In this document: one piece after another, positions 17,555 through 28,278 of the stretch | How the letters are laid out: the number at the start of each line of letters is the position of its first letter | Numbering within the stretch: position 1 is the first letter of the stretch | DNA from: an uncultured Afifella sp. | GTDB taxonomy: Bacteria > Pseudomonadota > Alphaproteobacteria > Rhizobiales > Afifellaceae | DNA: 48,924 nt | NCBI GenBank assembly: GCA_947259045.1 | Contig: CAMYKZ010000019.1 | Span: 1-48,924 of the forward strand | Reading direction: 5' to 3' | Notes under the pieces: generated by a model | What the model was told of the DNA's origin: nothing | The model's input: the letters and a program-made list of their open reading frames with translations, nothing else | The model's database searches: none | Position numbers and translations under genes: made by a program

Positions 17555-18874
17555 ATGACCGATATCGAGGCAATGCTGGCCTCTCTCCAGGCGCTTCACC
17601 CGCGTGTCATCGACCTGTCGCTTGAACGGGTGGAAGACCTGCTGGACAAGCTCGGCCGGCCACAGGACCGGCTGCCGCCGGTGATCCACATCGCCGGAAC
17701 CAACGGCAAGGGTTCGACACAGGCGTTTCTGCGCGCATTGCTGGAGGCTGGCGGGCACCGGGTGCATGCCTATACATCGCCCCACCTTGTCCGTTTCAAC
17801 GAACGCATCCGCATCGGCGCTCCCGGGTCCGGGCAATTGGTCGACGATACCGCGCTGGCGGTAGCGATCGCCCATGTCCAGGCGGTCAATGACGGCGCAC
17901 CGGTGACCTATTTTGAGGCGATGACAGCGATTGCGCTTCACCTCTTTGCCGAACATCCGGCGGATTTCTGTCTGCTGGAAGTAGGTCTCGGCGGGCGTTT
18001 TGACGCCACAAACGTGGTTGATGCGCCGCTGGCTGCGGTCATCTCGACCATCTCGCATGATCATGCCGAATTTCTGGGTGACGATCTGGCCGGCATCGCG
18101 ATGGAGAAAGCCGGTATCCTGAAACCTGGCCGGCCGGGTATCGTCGGGCTGCAGGACGAACATGTCATGGCGATGATCGGTGTGGAGGCCGAGGCGGTGG
18201 GAGCCCCGCTGTTCAAATACGGCGAGGACTGGTCGGTGGGCACGGAACGCGGCCGGCTGGTCTATCAGGATGAGGACGGCCTGCTTGATCTGCCGATGCC
18301 GAAACTGTTCGGCGACCATCAGATCGCCAATGCCGGCCTGGCCGTGGCGACCCTGCGCGCGGCAGGCATCCGGATTAAGCGCAATGCCATGGATGCCGGG
18401 ATCACCGGCGCACAATGGCCGGCGCGGCTGCAGCGGCTGACCGGCGGGCCGTTGATCGACCGGTTGCCGCCGGACAGCGAAGTCTGGCTCGATGGCGGAC
18501 ACAATCCGGCTGCCGGGCTGGCTCTTTCGACCATGATGGGTCAGCTGGAGGAACGTCTGCCGCGGCCATTGGTGCTCGTCAGCGGAATGTTGTCGACCAA
18601 GGATCCGGCCGGATTCTTTCAGCCCTTTGAGGGGCTGGTGCGGCACGTTCTGACAGTACCGGTGCCCGAAAGCGCAGCCGGTATCGATCCTGAAGATCTG
18701 GCCATGACCGCGATGACTTGCGGTCTGCCGGCGCGCCATAACGCTAGCGTCGGCGAAGCCCTTGACGAGATCCGTGCCATGTTCGAGGGCGATCAGGCAC
18801 CACGCGTCCTGATCTGCGGTTCGCTCTACCTGGCCGGGGATGTGTTGAGGGAAAACGGACCATTGCCGGATTGA
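17555..18874 (+). CDS. folC: Bifunctional folylpolyglutamate synthase / dihydrofolate synthase
   Basis: P-loop IHIAGTNGKGST and Mur-ligase family motifs. Start at ATG 17555 (MTDIEAMLAS), 5 nt after the accD stop. Confidence 0.85.
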   Translation: MTDIEAMLASLQALHPRVIDLSLERVEDLLDKLGRPQDRLPPVIHIAGTNGKGSTQAFLRALLEAGGHRVHAYTSPHLVRFNERIRIGAPGSGQLVDDTALAVAIAHVQAVNDGAPVTYFEAMTAIALHLFAEHPADFCLLEVGLGGRFDATNVVDAPLAAVISTISHDHAEFLGDDLAGIAMEKAGILKPGRPGIVGLQDEHVMAMIGVEAEAVGAPLFKYGEDWSVGTERGRLVYQDEDGLLDLPMPKLFGDHQIANAGLAVATLRAAGIRIKRNAMDAGITGAQWPARLQRLTGGPLIDRLPPDSEVWLDGGHNPAAGLALSTMMGQLEERLPRPLVLVSGMLSTKDPAGFFQPFEGLVRHVLTVPVPESAAGIDPEDLAMTAMTCGLPARHNASVGEALDEIRAMFEGDQAPRVLICGSLYLAGDVLRENGPLPD

Positions 18875-18908
18875 CCGGCAACGGTTTGACAGGCTGGAGT
18901 TTCGTCCG

Positions 18909-19229
18909 TCAGCCGGCGTTTTGGATCCATTTCTGCAGATCTGATTTACCGCCCTGCGCGCCGACCCGCATATCCACCGGCTCGCCGCCCTTGAACATGA
19001 TCAGGGTCGGTATCGACCGGACGCCGTATTTGGCCGCAGTGTTCTGATTTTCGTCCAGGTTCAGCTTGACGATCTTGACGCCCGGGATCTCTTCCGACAA
19101 TTCCTCAAGATGGGGTGCTATGACCTTGCAGGGCCCGCACCATTCGGCCCAGAAATCCACCACGACGGGATCGGCTGATGCCAGCACGTCTGCTTCGAAG
19201 CTGCCGTCGGTAACCGGATGAGTAGCCAT
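18909..19229 (-). CDS. trxA: Thioredoxin
   Basis: WAEWCGPCK active site, 106 aa. SD AGGAGA upstream of ATG 19229. Confidence 0.9.
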   Translation of the reverse strand: MATHPVTDGSFEADVLASADPVVVDFWAEWCGPCKVIAPHLEELSEEIPGVKIVKLNLDENQNTAAKYGVRSIPTLIMFKGGEPVDMRVGAQGGKSDLQKWIQNAG

Positions 19230-19285
19230 GTTTGTCTCCTGATGATTCTTGTTCACCGTGAACGTAGGAACGCGACCGGGAAGGG

Positions 19286-22200
19286 TCAAGCAGCAGCGGG
19301 CGGCAAAACACCGATTGCTGCAAGCGCGCGGTTGAGCAACTCGTCGTCTAGCGGCATGATTGCCGGCCCGGCCGTCCAGACAAGGATGGCACGCACATCG
19401 GCCGGTCCCGCAGCCCCAGTTGCCCCGTTGGACCCGTTTGCATGCCCGATGATCTCACCGACCAGCCGGCGATAGAGCGCAAGCTGGGTAATATAGGCCG
19501 GATTGATCAGGCCAGGACCGGCCGGGATCTGCCGGTCGGTCTTGAAATCGACGATCCGGGCGCCGCCGTTTCCGATCACCAACCGGTCGATCTGACCGCT
19601 GACGGCGTGACGGCCGGTTTCGGTTTCGACATATCCGGCGACCGGAACTTCCGCCCGCGATCCGGCACCGAATACCGACTTCAATTCAGCGTGATCGAGC
19701 ACGGCGAGAGCTTCTGTCAGCCAGTCGGCATGGACATCGGCGGCGCTGCCATACCGTTGCATCAGCCATGCGGAACCGGTGACCGCCCGCTCCCCGGCCG
19801 GAACGGCCGGCAGATATTGCAGCAGGCCATGGATTGCCTGACCGCGCTGCATCGCATTGTTCAGCCCCGTTGCGGGCAGTTGCAGGCCGGATGTTTCGCT
19901 CGCAGCCAAGCCCGGTTCGGCCGGCGGGTCCGGCTCCGCCAGCGCACGCGACGGCCGCAACGGTTCCGGCACATGCGGCGGCGGCGGTGCCGGGCGGTCG
20001 AGCCATGCAGGCCTGCCAGCCGCCAGCGGCAATTCCACAAGGCCGGGCATATCGGTTTGGCCTGTTTGCCGGTCATCGACGCCCTGTCCGCCATCCGCTG
20101 TGATCTCGCGCTCCACATTGTCGGCGAGCATGTCCGGCCAGATAAACGGCTGCAGCAATTCGCCGTCTTCATTACGCTCGACGCTTTCCGGCACAAGCGC
20201 GCGCGATACAAGATCGTACCAGCAGCCTTGCGCCGGTCTGGCCCGTTTTATGCCGCAGACATAGAGATAATCGCGCGCCCGGGTCATGGCGACATAGAGC
20301 AGCCGGCGATATTCGTCCGTTGCGGCCTCGTCTTCGCGATCGGCATGGTTTCGTTCAAGCCGTCCGGCATTTTCCTTTTTCTGGCGCAACAGCAGCGCCG
20401 GTGCGGCTGGGTCGGCGATCTTGAGCAACGGATCCCTGCGGTTGGTATTGACCACCTGACCGCCGCTATCGGCCAGGAACACGATATCGGCCTCCAGTCC
20501 CTTGGCGCCGTGCACGGTCATGATGCGCACATCGACGGCGCGCTCATCGCTTTCGCGTTTCAGTTCCGCGGTCTGGGAACGGATATAGGCGGCAAAGCCC
20601 TGCAGGCTCGGCGGTTCGAGCCGCTCATAGGCCAGCGCCTGGGACAGGAACGCGTCAAGCACGTCGTCGGCCTCGCTGCCCAGCCGCGTCCTCAGTGCCG
20701 CGCGGCCGCCATCGGATCCGAGAACCCGGGAGAAGAAGTGAAACGGCGTCACCCGGTCGGCCATTGAACGCCAGCCGCCGAGCCTCCTGTGCGCGGCCTG
20801 ATGCGCCGGTTCGGGGCTGGCTGCCAGGCTCTGCCAGAGGGTGCTCCTGCGGCCGGCCGCCAGCGCGATCAGGTCGTCATCATCCAGACCGAGCAGCGGC
20901 GATTTGAGACAGGCCGCCAGTTGCAGGTCATCGTCGGGCAGCAGCACGACATCGGCCAGGGCCAGGCAGTCAAGCACGGCAATATGCGACGACAGGGCGA
21001 TCCTGTCGGCCCCGGCGGTGGCGATGCCGGCGGCCCTCAAGGCTCGGTTCATGGCGAAGAAGAAAGCGTCGCGCTTGCGCACCAGGATCAGGATCTCGCC
21101 GGCCTTCACGTCCTTGCCGGACGGCAGCACCTTTTCCTCGTCAAGCAGCCGCCCGATCTCGCCGGCAATCGATCCGGCAAGCTTTTTTTCAACCTCGGTG
21201 GGCGCATCGTAGGCCTGCGTCCAGTCGTCCGGCGGATCATCGCTGAAGGCAACCAGACGGGGCCAGACGATCGCCCGCCCGCGCGCGCCCTGGCGGAACT
21301 CCTTGTGCGGCACATAATCAGCGGTAATGCTGGCTGTGATCCGGTCGTTTTTGTCGAACACGGCATCGACAGCTGCAAGAACCTGGCGGGTTGAGCGAAA
21401 CGACAGGAAAAGCGACTGCTTTGTCATCTGCTGGCCGGACCGGTCGGCCAGGCGGACGAAATGATGCTGCATATCCGCCAGCATCTGCGGTGCTGCGCCC
21501 TGGAAGCTGAAGATCGACTGTTTGTCGTCGCCGACGGCAAAGATCGTGCGAACCTTCTGCGACGCCGTTTCTCCGGCAAAAAAATCTTCCGTCAGCGCCT
21601 GGATGATCGACCATTGGGCCGGGCTGGTATCCTGCGCCTCGTCGACCAGGACATGGTCGATGCGGCTGTCCAGCTTGTAAAGCACCCAGGCGGCGGCCGC
21701 CGAGCGCGACAGAAGCACAAGGGTGCGGGCGATCAGATCGTCGTAATCGAGCAGACCGTGCTGGATTTTTTCCGCCCGGTAGATGCGCAGAATTTCATAC
21801 CCGAGCGTCAACAGCGCCTCCGTCGCTTCCGCCGTCTCCAGACAGTTCATCTCATCGAGCAGCAAGAGACAAAGTGCGGCGTCAGCATCGAAAATCTCTT
21901 CGAACCCGGCGATTTCATCGCGCACGGCTTCGGTTGCCCGCCCCTTTGCAGACCGCGGCTCGCTCTTCGCAGTCAGGTAGAATTCGAATATCGAACGGCC
22001 CCTGTCATGGCTGCCTTCAGCCGCTGCGATGTCAACAAGGATTTGCCGGGTCTTGCGATTGAGCGGTGTCGGCGCCACTTGCAGTGACGCGAGAAGCGTA
22101 TCGCGAAAGTCTTCAACCAGCTGGAATCGATGCTCGGCAAAAAATCGGGCGGCGACAGTCTCGGCGGTGTCATCCGGCTTAAGACTCAGCGACTTCCGCA

Positions 22201-22885
22201 GGCTGGCGAACACGTCTTCGATCCTGCCGGCCCGGTCATCGGGCGCCGAGCGGATGATCCATTCCTCGATCAGGCCGCGTTTTCTGACGACATCGTTCAA
22301 CGCCTCTGTCATTGCCGTATCGGACATCTTGCCGATCAGCCGATTGAGCGCATCGCGCAGCTTCGTGCCCGGCGGGCCAAGCGCCGCAAAGGCGGCCTCG
22401 CGGGCCTGTTTCAGCAAGGCGTCCGAACCCTGCTCGTCGAGCACCTGAAAATGACCGGGAACATTGGCCTCGAACGGGAATTTGTGCAGCAGGCTTTCGC
22501 AGAAGGCGTGCATGGTCTGGATCTTCAGCCCGCCCGGCGTCTCCAGCGCGCGGGCAAACAGGGTCCGCGCCGCGTTTGTTGCCGCTCTGTCCGGCGGCCG
22601 GCCCTGCAGGTCCAGCAATTGCTGCTTCAGGTCCTCCGCCGGCATCACTGCCCAGGCGGCAAGCCGGTCAAAGATGCGCCGGCCCATTTCCGCCGCCGCC
22701 GTCTTGGTATAGGTCAGGCAAAGGATCGAAGCCGGATCGGTGCCGCCGAGCAGAAGCCGCAATACGCGCTGCGTCAGGACATGGGTCTTGCCGGAACCGG
22801 CATTGGCCCTGACCCAGGCGGAACCGGACGGATCCGAGACCTGCCATTGCAGTTTGCGGGTTGAGTTGAAAGCAGTCTCGCTCAT
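19286..22885 (-). CDS. addA: Double-strand break repair helicase AddA (UvrD-like helicase plus C-terminal nuclease)
   Basis: Walker [13 protein letters not shown]. 1199 aa, a size typical of alphaproteobacterial AddA. The ATG overlaps the addB stop. Confidence 0.9.
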   Translation of the reverse strand: MSETAFNSTRKLQWQVSDPSGSAWVRANAGSGKTHVLTQRVLRLLLGGTDPASILCLTYTKTAAAEMGRRIFDRLAAWAVMPAEDLKQQLLDLQGRPPDRAATNAARTLFARALETPGGLKIQTMHAFCESLLHKFPFEANVPGHFQVLDEQGSDALLKQAREAAFAALGPPGTKLRDALNRLIGKMSDTAMTEALNDVVRKRGLIEEWIIRSAPDDRAGRIEDVFASLRKSLSLKPDDTAETVAARFFAEHRFQLVEDFRDTLLASLQVAPTPLNRKTRQILVDIAAAEGSHDRGRSIFEFYLTAKSEPRSAKGRATEAVRDEIAGFEEIFDADAALCLLLLDEMNCLETAEATEALLTLGYEILRIYRAEKIQHGLLDYDDLIARTLVLLSRSAAAAWVLYKLDSRIDHVLVDEAQDTSPAQWSIIQALTEDFFAGETASQKVRTIFAVGDDKQSIFSFQGAAPQMLADMQHHFVRLADRSGQQMTKQSLFLSFRSTRQVLAAVDAVFDKNDRITASITADYVPHKEFRQGARGRAIVWPRLVAFSDDPPDDWTQAYDAPTEVEKKLAGSIAGEIGRLLDEEKVLPSGKDVKAGEILILVRKRDAFFFAMNRALRAAGIATAGADRIALSSHIAVLDCLALADVVLLPDDDLQLAACLKSPLLGLDDDDLIALAAGRRSTLWQSLAASPEPAHQAAHRRLGGWRSMADRVTPFHFFSRVLGSDGGRAALRTRLGSEADDVLDAFLSQALAYERLEPPSLQGFAAYIRSQTAELKRESDERAVDVRIMTVHGAKGLEADIVFLADSGGQVVNTNRRDPLLKIADPAAPALLLRQKKENAGRLERNHADREDEAATDEYRRLLYVAMTRARDYLYVCGIKRARPAQGCWYDLVSRALVPESVERNEDGELLQPFIWPDMLADNVEREITADGGQGVDDRQTGQTDMPGLVELPLAAGRPAWLDRPAPPPPHVPEPLRPSRALAEPDPPAEPGLAASETSGLQLPATGLNNAMQRGQAIHGLLQYLPAVPAGERAVTGSAWLMQRYGSAADVHADWLTEALAVLDHAELKSVFGAGSRAEVPVAGYVETETGRHAVSGQIDRLVIGNGGARIVDFKTDRQIPAGPGLINPAYITQLALYRRLVGEIIGHANGSNGATGAAGPADVRAILVWTAGPAIMPLDDELLNRALAAIGVLPPAAA

Positions 22886-25800
22886 TCGTCGCCCTCAATC
22901 GACCATTCGGCGACACGGGCCAGATGATCATAATCGCCGCGCCATTCGGTCTGCTTGTTCGGGATTTTGCGCGAAAGGTAGCCGTTTGCCGGGTCGGCAT
23001 AAAATGCGGAAAGTGCCCGCAACCGGGTCCAGGTGTTCTGTTTTGCCTCCTCGAGGGTGATCGCCGGCCGGTCCTTGTCGGCTTTTCGCTCCCCGCGCGC
23101 TTCCATCTTGCCGCCGGCTCCGGTGCCCGTCAGGTGATAATAGGCAAGTTTCACCACATCTGCGGCGGCGACGCCCTTGAAGCCACCCGCTTCGGCAATC
23201 AGCGCCTCCAGCAGCAATTGCGGCGCCACGGTCAGCACTTCCTTTGGAGAAGACGGCGATCCGGTTTTGTAATCGACAATGGCAATCCGCCCGTCGTCCT
23301 GAACGTCAATCCGGTCGGCGCGGACGGTGAGGTCCAGCTGCGCATGGATGCCAAGCGTTCCCACGACCTCCGTCAATCGCCGGGCGGTGTTTTCGTTTGC
23401 AGCCTCATGGCAGACAAACCAGTCCGCGACGGCGCAAAAGCGCGGCCACCAGAGCGCATCGACGTCGGGAAAATCGCGGTAGGCGTCAAATTGTTCGCGG
23501 CCGATCTGCAACAGACGTTTGCGGGCGGCGTCATCGAACGGCCCGGCCGGGCGTTCGGATACGAAACGTTCAAGCACGTCATGAAACAGGCTGCCGCGTT
23601 CTGCCGGGCCTGGCAGGCCGGCGACCGGCTCAAACGGATTGAGACGCAGAATATAGCGGGCATGGATGGAATAAGGGTCGCGGATCAGGGTTTCGATCGC
23701 CGTCACCGGCAAGCGTCTGGGCCGCAGCGCCAGTGCCGGCGCCGGGCAGGGCCGGTGGCTTTCGCCGGTTCCGGTGACGTCATCGAGATAGTGCGCCATG
23801 CCGAGGATCTGATCGCCCCTGTGCTTCAGCGCTGCTTTTGCCTCTTCGCCGGCATAGGCGGTCAGCCGCTGCAGCCAGCGTGAGGCAATGCGGGGTTCGC
23901 CGTCCTGCCGGACGGCCCGGGTCAGCCACACCTGATCGTGCCCCATCGCCTGGGCGAAATCGTGCGCCGCCAGGCCGATGCGCCGTTCCGGCGGCTCCAG
24001 GTGCAACGTCTCGCGCATGCCGCGCGACAGAAACGGATCGAGGCTGGTCTGGAAGGGCCAGACGCCTTCGTTGAGGCCGCCAAGCACCATGATATCGACA
24101 TGCTGCAACCGCGCCTCAAGCGCGCCCCAGATATGCACACGCGGGTCGGCTCCCCTGGGGCGAACCGGCAAATTGCCGAGAACCGCATCGAAAAAGGCCG
24201 GATAATCCGCTGGTACCAGGGATGGACCGAATTCGGCTGAAGCCGACAGTTCGGCAAACCGGCGCGACAGAAGGTCGACGGCTTCATCCGCCATTGCAGC
24301 CCCGGCCTGAGCGTCGTCGCTATGACAGAGCGCCTGCAGGCAGCGCCAGTGGGCGTCAAGATATTTAGCCAGCGGAACGTCTTCCGATGATCCGGCCAGA
24401 TCGGCAAGCGGCTGCAGGGCGGTTTCCAGCCGGCCTGCCAGATCGAGCGCCGCCTCCCACGCCTCCGGGTCCAGGCTTGCAGCCGACCTGGGCAGGCGTT
24501 TTCGCGCGCCGTCCGCTGTCCGGTTTGCAACGGCGGTACGGTGATTGTCTTCCAGCGCTGCACGAAGGGCGGCAAAACCAGCGCGCAACCGCGGACCGCG
24601 CAACACTGCGCACTCCAGTGCGCGCGCCGCCCTGCGGATTTGCGCACGCTGCCCGCCAAGCGCCACCGCCGGATGTTTGAGCAGCGCCAGCAGTTTTTCC
24701 GCCCGGCCGCCGCTGATCGCCACATCCGCGACAAGCCGTGCGAGGATGCCCGGCGGCGTGGCGATCAGCGGTATGCCGGCGGAATCGTCGACCCTGACAT
24801 TCCAGCGCTCAAGTTCGGCGATCACCCGGCGCGCCAGTTTGCGGTCCGGTGTGACGAGCGCCGCGACACGGCCCTCCTGCTCAAGCGTCCGGCGCAACAG
24901 GACGGCAATGGCAAGCGCTTCCTCGCGTTCGTTGCGCGCCTCGATCAGGCCGACGCCATTGAGCGACTTCGTGCGGGCGCCCGCATCGGGTTGCGCCCGC
25001 GACGACCAGAGATGGGTGGTTGCCGCCGGCCGCATGGCTTCGCTGACAAGTCTGTTGCGGGCGGCGCGGTCGGGAGCCGGATCGGCCAGGGTCTGCACAT
25101 CGGCACGCTCAATGCCGATCTGGCGGATCAGCCTTGCCAGGCCGAATTGCGGATGACCGGCAATCACCGGATCGTCCTCAGCCTTGTTGATGGAGGCCCA
25201 GGCGTCGTCATCGAGCTCGAAATCCAGTCCCGGCAGAACCAGTGCCCCGTTTGGCAACTGCGCGATTGCGGCAAGCAGATCAGCCGTTGCGGCGATGGAA
25301 CCGGTTGAACCGGCGGCTATCACCGGACCGTGCGAGCCGTCGCGTCTCAGACGTTCCGCCTCCAGGCGGATCAGCCTGTCGCGCCGCTCGCCCGGATCGC
25401 TCAGGCCGCGCGTCGCCAGATGTTTCGGCCAGTTTTCGGTGGCGATCTTGAGGAACTGAAGCGTGATTTCCCAATAATGCGCCAGGTCCGCGCTGACAAT
25501 CTGGTCGAGCGCGCCCCAATCCGCCTCACCGGCAGCGACTGCATCGATCAGGTCGGCAAGCAGGGCTGCAAGCTGTGCGGCGTCGGCCGGCGAGGACGGA
25601 ACAAGCTGCGGTTCTGCCGGCATGCCGGCGTTGCGGCGTTCCAGCGCATTCGACCATTGCAGGATCAGCCGCGTCAGGAAAAGCTGGCGCTCAGCGGCGT
25701 CCACAGGCGGGGGAATGGTGTCCGGGTCAAGCTTTTGCCGGCCGGCGTCAAAGACCAGGCCATCTTCATCGATGTCGCCGATCGGACGAATATCCGGCAG

Positions 25801-26013
25801 CAGGACGGCGGGGCCGATCCGGTTGAGAATATGTTCGCGGATCGCCCTGACCGAGCGTCGTGTCGGCAGGTAAATTGTCACCGTGCTCAAGGCGAACGGA
25901 TCGGCTGCGGCATCGAAGCCCGGGATCAGGCGGCCATCCAGAAGGGCTGCTACGAGAGCGTCGAGAAATGCAATTCCCGGCGGCGTGGAAAAGACGTTGC
26001 GGCGAGCGGGCAT
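22882..26013 (-). CDS. addB: Double-strand break repair protein AddB
   Basis: 1043 aa with a PD-(D/E)XK-like C-terminal region (IVDYKTG). Sits immediately upstream of addA. Confidence 0.85.
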   Translation of the reverse strand: MPARRNVFSTPPGIAFLDALVAALLDGRLIPGFDAAADPFALSTVTIYLPTRRSVRAIREHILNRIGPAVLLPDIRPIGDIDEDGLVFDAGRQKLDPDTIPPPVDAAERQLFLTRLILQWSNALERRNAGMPAEPQLVPSSPADAAQLAALLADLIDAVAAGEADWGALDQIVSADLAHYWEITLQFLKIATENWPKHLATRGLSDPGERRDRLIRLEAERLRRDGSHGPVIAAGSTGSIAATADLLAAIAQLPNGALVLPGLDFELDDDAWASINKAEDDPVIAGHPQFGLARLIRQIGIERADVQTLADPAPDRAARNRLVSEAMRPAATTHLWSSRAQPDAGARTKSLNGVGLIEARNEREEALAIAVLLRRTLEQEGRVAALVTPDRKLARRVIAELERWNVRVDDSAGIPLIATPPGILARLVADVAISGGRAEKLLALLKHPAVALGGQRAQIRRAARALECAVLRGPRLRAGFAALRAALEDNHRTAVANRTADGARKRLPRSAASLDPEAWEAALDLAGRLETALQPLADLAGSSEDVPLAKYLDAHWRCLQALCHSDDAQAGAAMADEAVDLLSRRFAELSASAEFGPSLVPADYPAFFDAVLGNLPVRPRGADPRVHIWGALEARLQHVDIMVLGGLNEGVWPFQTSLDPFLSRGMRETLHLEPPERRIGLAAHDFAQAMGHDQVWLTRAVRQDGEPRIASRWLQRLTAYAGEEAKAALKHRGDQILGMAHYLDDVTGTGESHRPCPAPALALRPRRLPVTAIETLIRDPYSIHARYILRLNPFEPVAGLPGPAERGSLFHDVLERFVSERPAGPFDDAARKRLLQIGREQFDAYRDFPDVDALWWPRFCAVADWFVCHEAANENTARRLTEVVGTLGIHAQLDLTVRADRIDVQDDGRIAIVDYKTGSPSSPKEVLTVAPQLLLEALIAEAGGFKGVAAADVVKLAYYHLTGTGAGGKMEARGERKADKDRPAITLEEAKQNTWTRLRALSAFYADPANGYLSRKIPNKQTEWRGDYDHLARVAEWSIEGDE

Positions 26014-26016
26014 CGC

Positions 26017-26736
26017 TCAGGCAGCACTCTCGGCAATGGCGCGTTCGGCGACGCCGATTGCTTCGGGTGTCTCCACGTTTATCCACAGACCGTCAAGGCG
26101 GACACCAAATAGCCGGTCTGTGGCGATGGCCCGGTCAAACAGATCGTTGAGCGAAAATCTGTCGTCCGGCGGCTCGGCAAACAGCCGCGGATGCAGGACA
26201 GCGGCTCCGGCATAGACAAACGGCGCCACAGTCCGTTCCCGGCGCCGTGTCAGCAATCCGTCCGGCCCGATCGTGAAATCACCGCTGCCATTGTAGCCCG
26301 CCGTCATGACGGTGGATGCCAGCAGCAGCAGGCCGTCCATGCGGCTATCATCCCAGGCATTGAACAACCAGCGGAGATTCGGCCGCACACCTTCCAGCCA
26401 GAAGGAGTCGGAATTGCGCAGCACAAACGGCTTGTCGCCCAGCTCCGGCAAAGCCTTGACAATGCCGCCGCCGGTATCAAGCAGTTTGCCGCGTTCGTCG
26501 GAGATGACGATTTCAGGCTGTTTCCGCCGGCGCAGATGCGCTTCCGTCAGATCCGCTAGATAATGGACGTTGACGACAGCCGTCTTGACGCCGGCTGCCG
26601 CCAGACCATCAAGGCAATGGTCGATCAGCGAACGGCCGGCGATTTCGATCAATGGCTTCGGGGTCGTGGCCGAAAGCGGCCGCATGCGTTTGCCGTATCC
26701 GGCAGCAAGCACCATCGCCTTTTCAGGGACAAACAT
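26017..26736 (-). CDS. Sugar-1-phosphate nucleotidyltransferase (MurU-like N-acetylmuramate-1-P uridylyltransferase family)
   Basis: MVLAAGYGKRMRPLSATTPKPLIEIAGRSLIDH is a canonical nucleotidyltransferase signature. Positioned between the tsaE/kinase fusion and addB, as in many alphaproteobacteria. Confidence 0.8.
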   Translation of the reverse strand: MFVPEKAMVLAAGYGKRMRPLSATTPKPLIEIAGRSLIDHCLDGLAAAGVKTAVVNVHYLADLTEAHLRRRKQPEIVISDERGKLLDTGGGIVKALPELGDKPFVLRNSDSFWLEGVRPNLRWLFNAWDDSRMDGLLLLASTVMTAGYNGSGDFTIGPDGLLTRRRERTVAPFVYAGAAVLHPRLFAEPPDDRFSLNDLFDRAIATDRLFGVRLDGLWINVETPEAIGVAERAIAESAA

Positions 26737-26760
26737 TCAGCTCTCCGACTTTCGCACAAT

Positions 26761-28275
26761 CTACCCGTCGCGGTCTGCATACCAGACATGAAGAGCCGAC
26801 AGTACCGGGTGTCTGAGATTTCGCGCAAGCACCTGCTTGACCCGGTCCAGATAGATTTCATAACCCGGTTTTCCACCATGAAACGACAATCGTGTGAAGG
26901 CTCCGAGCACCTTGGTCGCCCGCTGAGCACCGAGGATCGCATAGGCTCTGGCGAATCCCTCCTCATCGAACTTCGGATCGTCGGTCCTGCGGGCATCGCA
27001 ATATCGCCGATAGAGCGCGTCTTCCATACCCTCGCTGATGTCGACCCTGGCGTCCTGGGCCAGGGATGCGACATCATAGGCCGGATGGCCGATCAGAGTG
27101 TCCTGGATATCGATCACTCCGACCCTGTGGGGACCCTGCGCCTCCGGCTGCCAGAGGATATTCGGCGAATGGAAATCACGCATGACCCAGGTTTGCGCCT
27201 CGCCGCCAACAGCCGACAGAATATCCTGCCAGTCCTGCAGAAACGCCTGGCGATTGCCCGGCGACATGGCCTGTCCGCGGCTGTGCGGCACATGCCAATC
27301 GGCAAACAGCGATATTTCGATGAGCATCGCGTCGGTGTCATATCGGGGGACGGTGCATGTCTCGCCATCGAAATGCAGAATTTCCGGCCAGCTTCGGCTG
27401 TGCATGCGGGCAAGCAGGTCGATTGCCGCTTCATAGCGTTCGCGCACCGGTTCGCCGGTTTCGTCAATGATTGTCTCAGCGCCAAGATCCTCCATCAGAA
27501 CGAGGCCGGCAGCGCGATCATGGGCAAAGACCTGCGGCACGTGAATATCCGCGCCGGCAAGCTCGGAACCGATGGCCAGAAACGGCAGCACATCGAGTGC
27601 CCGATGCGCCACATCGTCGTAAGAGCGGCCGTGCCAGACCGCCGGGCCCGGCTGGCGGGCCGGCGCATTCATCAGGATCGCGGTCTGCTGACCGGCGCTG
27701 ACAATCCGCTCAAACGCCTTTGACGAGGCGTCGCCGACAACATGCAACCGGTCTGCCTTCCGATAACCGGCACGGTCGATGAATTTGCGAATGCGGAGAC
27801 TGCGGGCAAGACGTTGCGGCCAGCTTCCTGAAGCCCTGATTTCGGCCTGCCGCTGCTCGCCGGTCATGCGGATTTCGATATCCAGCCGATTGTCCACCTC
27901 CGGCCAGGTGATGCGATCCGGCCATTCGGCGATCAAAGCGGCCTCTTCAAGCGCCTCGTCGAGCCCGAGTTCGAGCGCATCCTCCTCGCCGGCAATGCGG
28001 TAGAGATCGATATGCGCGAGCAGGAGATGGACCAGGCGATAATCAATGCGGATGGAGAAGGTCGGGCTTGGAACATCGAGCACCGGGTCTCCGGCCGCAG
28101 AACGGATCAGTGCCCGGGCAAGGGTGGTTTTGCCGGCGCCCAGATCGCCCGACAGGGTGATCAGGTCTCCGGTCTGCACCATGGCGGCAATATCCTGCGC
28201 CAGCCGGCAGGCCGTGGCCTCATCTGTGATGTCAAGATTGCGCATTGCGGCCGGCATGACCGGATCGCCGGTCAT
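26761..28275 (-). CDS. tsaE: Fusion protein: N-terminal TsaE (t6A biosynthesis ATPase) and C-terminal aminoglycoside-phosphotransferase-fold kinase (AmgK-like anomeric MurNAc/GlcNAc kinase)
   Basis: TsaE Walker A LSGDLGAGKTTLARAL and HIDLYRI. APH-family motifs DFHSPNILW and GVIDIQD in the C-terminal half. Confidence 0.8.
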   Translation of the reverse strand: MTGDPVMPAAMRNLDITDEATACRLAQDIAAMVQTGDLITLSGDLGAGKTTLARALIRSAAGDPVLDVPSPTFSIRIDYRLVHLLLAHIDLYRIAGEEDALELGLDEALEEAALIAEWPDRITWPEVDNRLDIEIRMTGEQRQAEIRASGSWPQRLARSLRIRKFIDRAGYRKADRLHVVGDASSKAFERIVSAGQQTAILMNAPARQPGPAVWHGRSYDDVAHRALDVLPFLAIGSELAGADIHVPQVFAHDRAAGLVLMEDLGAETIIDETGEPVRERYEAAIDLLARMHSRSWPEILHFDGETCTVPRYDTDAMLIEISLFADWHVPHSRGQAMSPGNRQAFLQDWQDILSAVGGEAQTWVMRDFHSPNILWQPEAQGPHRVGVIDIQDTLIGHPAYDVASLAQDARVDISEGMEDALYRRYCDARRTDDPKFDEEGFARAYAILGAQRATKVLGAFTRLSFHGGKPGYEIYLDRVKQVLARNLRHPVLSALHVWYADRDG

Positions 28276-28278
28276 GAT

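Noticed and set aside
16216-17556. 446-aa ORF antisense to accD. Similar long antisense ORFs are 14217-15341 (vs trpB), 17441-18739 (vs folC), 10480-11520 (vs infC), 34401-35426 (vs dnaK), 42708-43727 (vs SPFH), 8857-9765 (vs pheS), 6328-7098 (vs pheT), 12062-12667 and 11919-12656 (vs GT), 45003-45710 (vs nth), 28012-29040 (vs HK), 26563-27723 (vs tsaE/kinase), 24541-25308 and 22924-23883 (vs addB), 19442-20767 and 22130-22864 (vs addA).
   Set aside because: High-GC genomes generate long stop-free antisense frames. The sense-strand genes have clear conserved-family signatures (TrpB, AccD, DnaK, etc.), and the antisense translations are Arg/Pro/Gly-rich low-complexity with no recognisable motifs.
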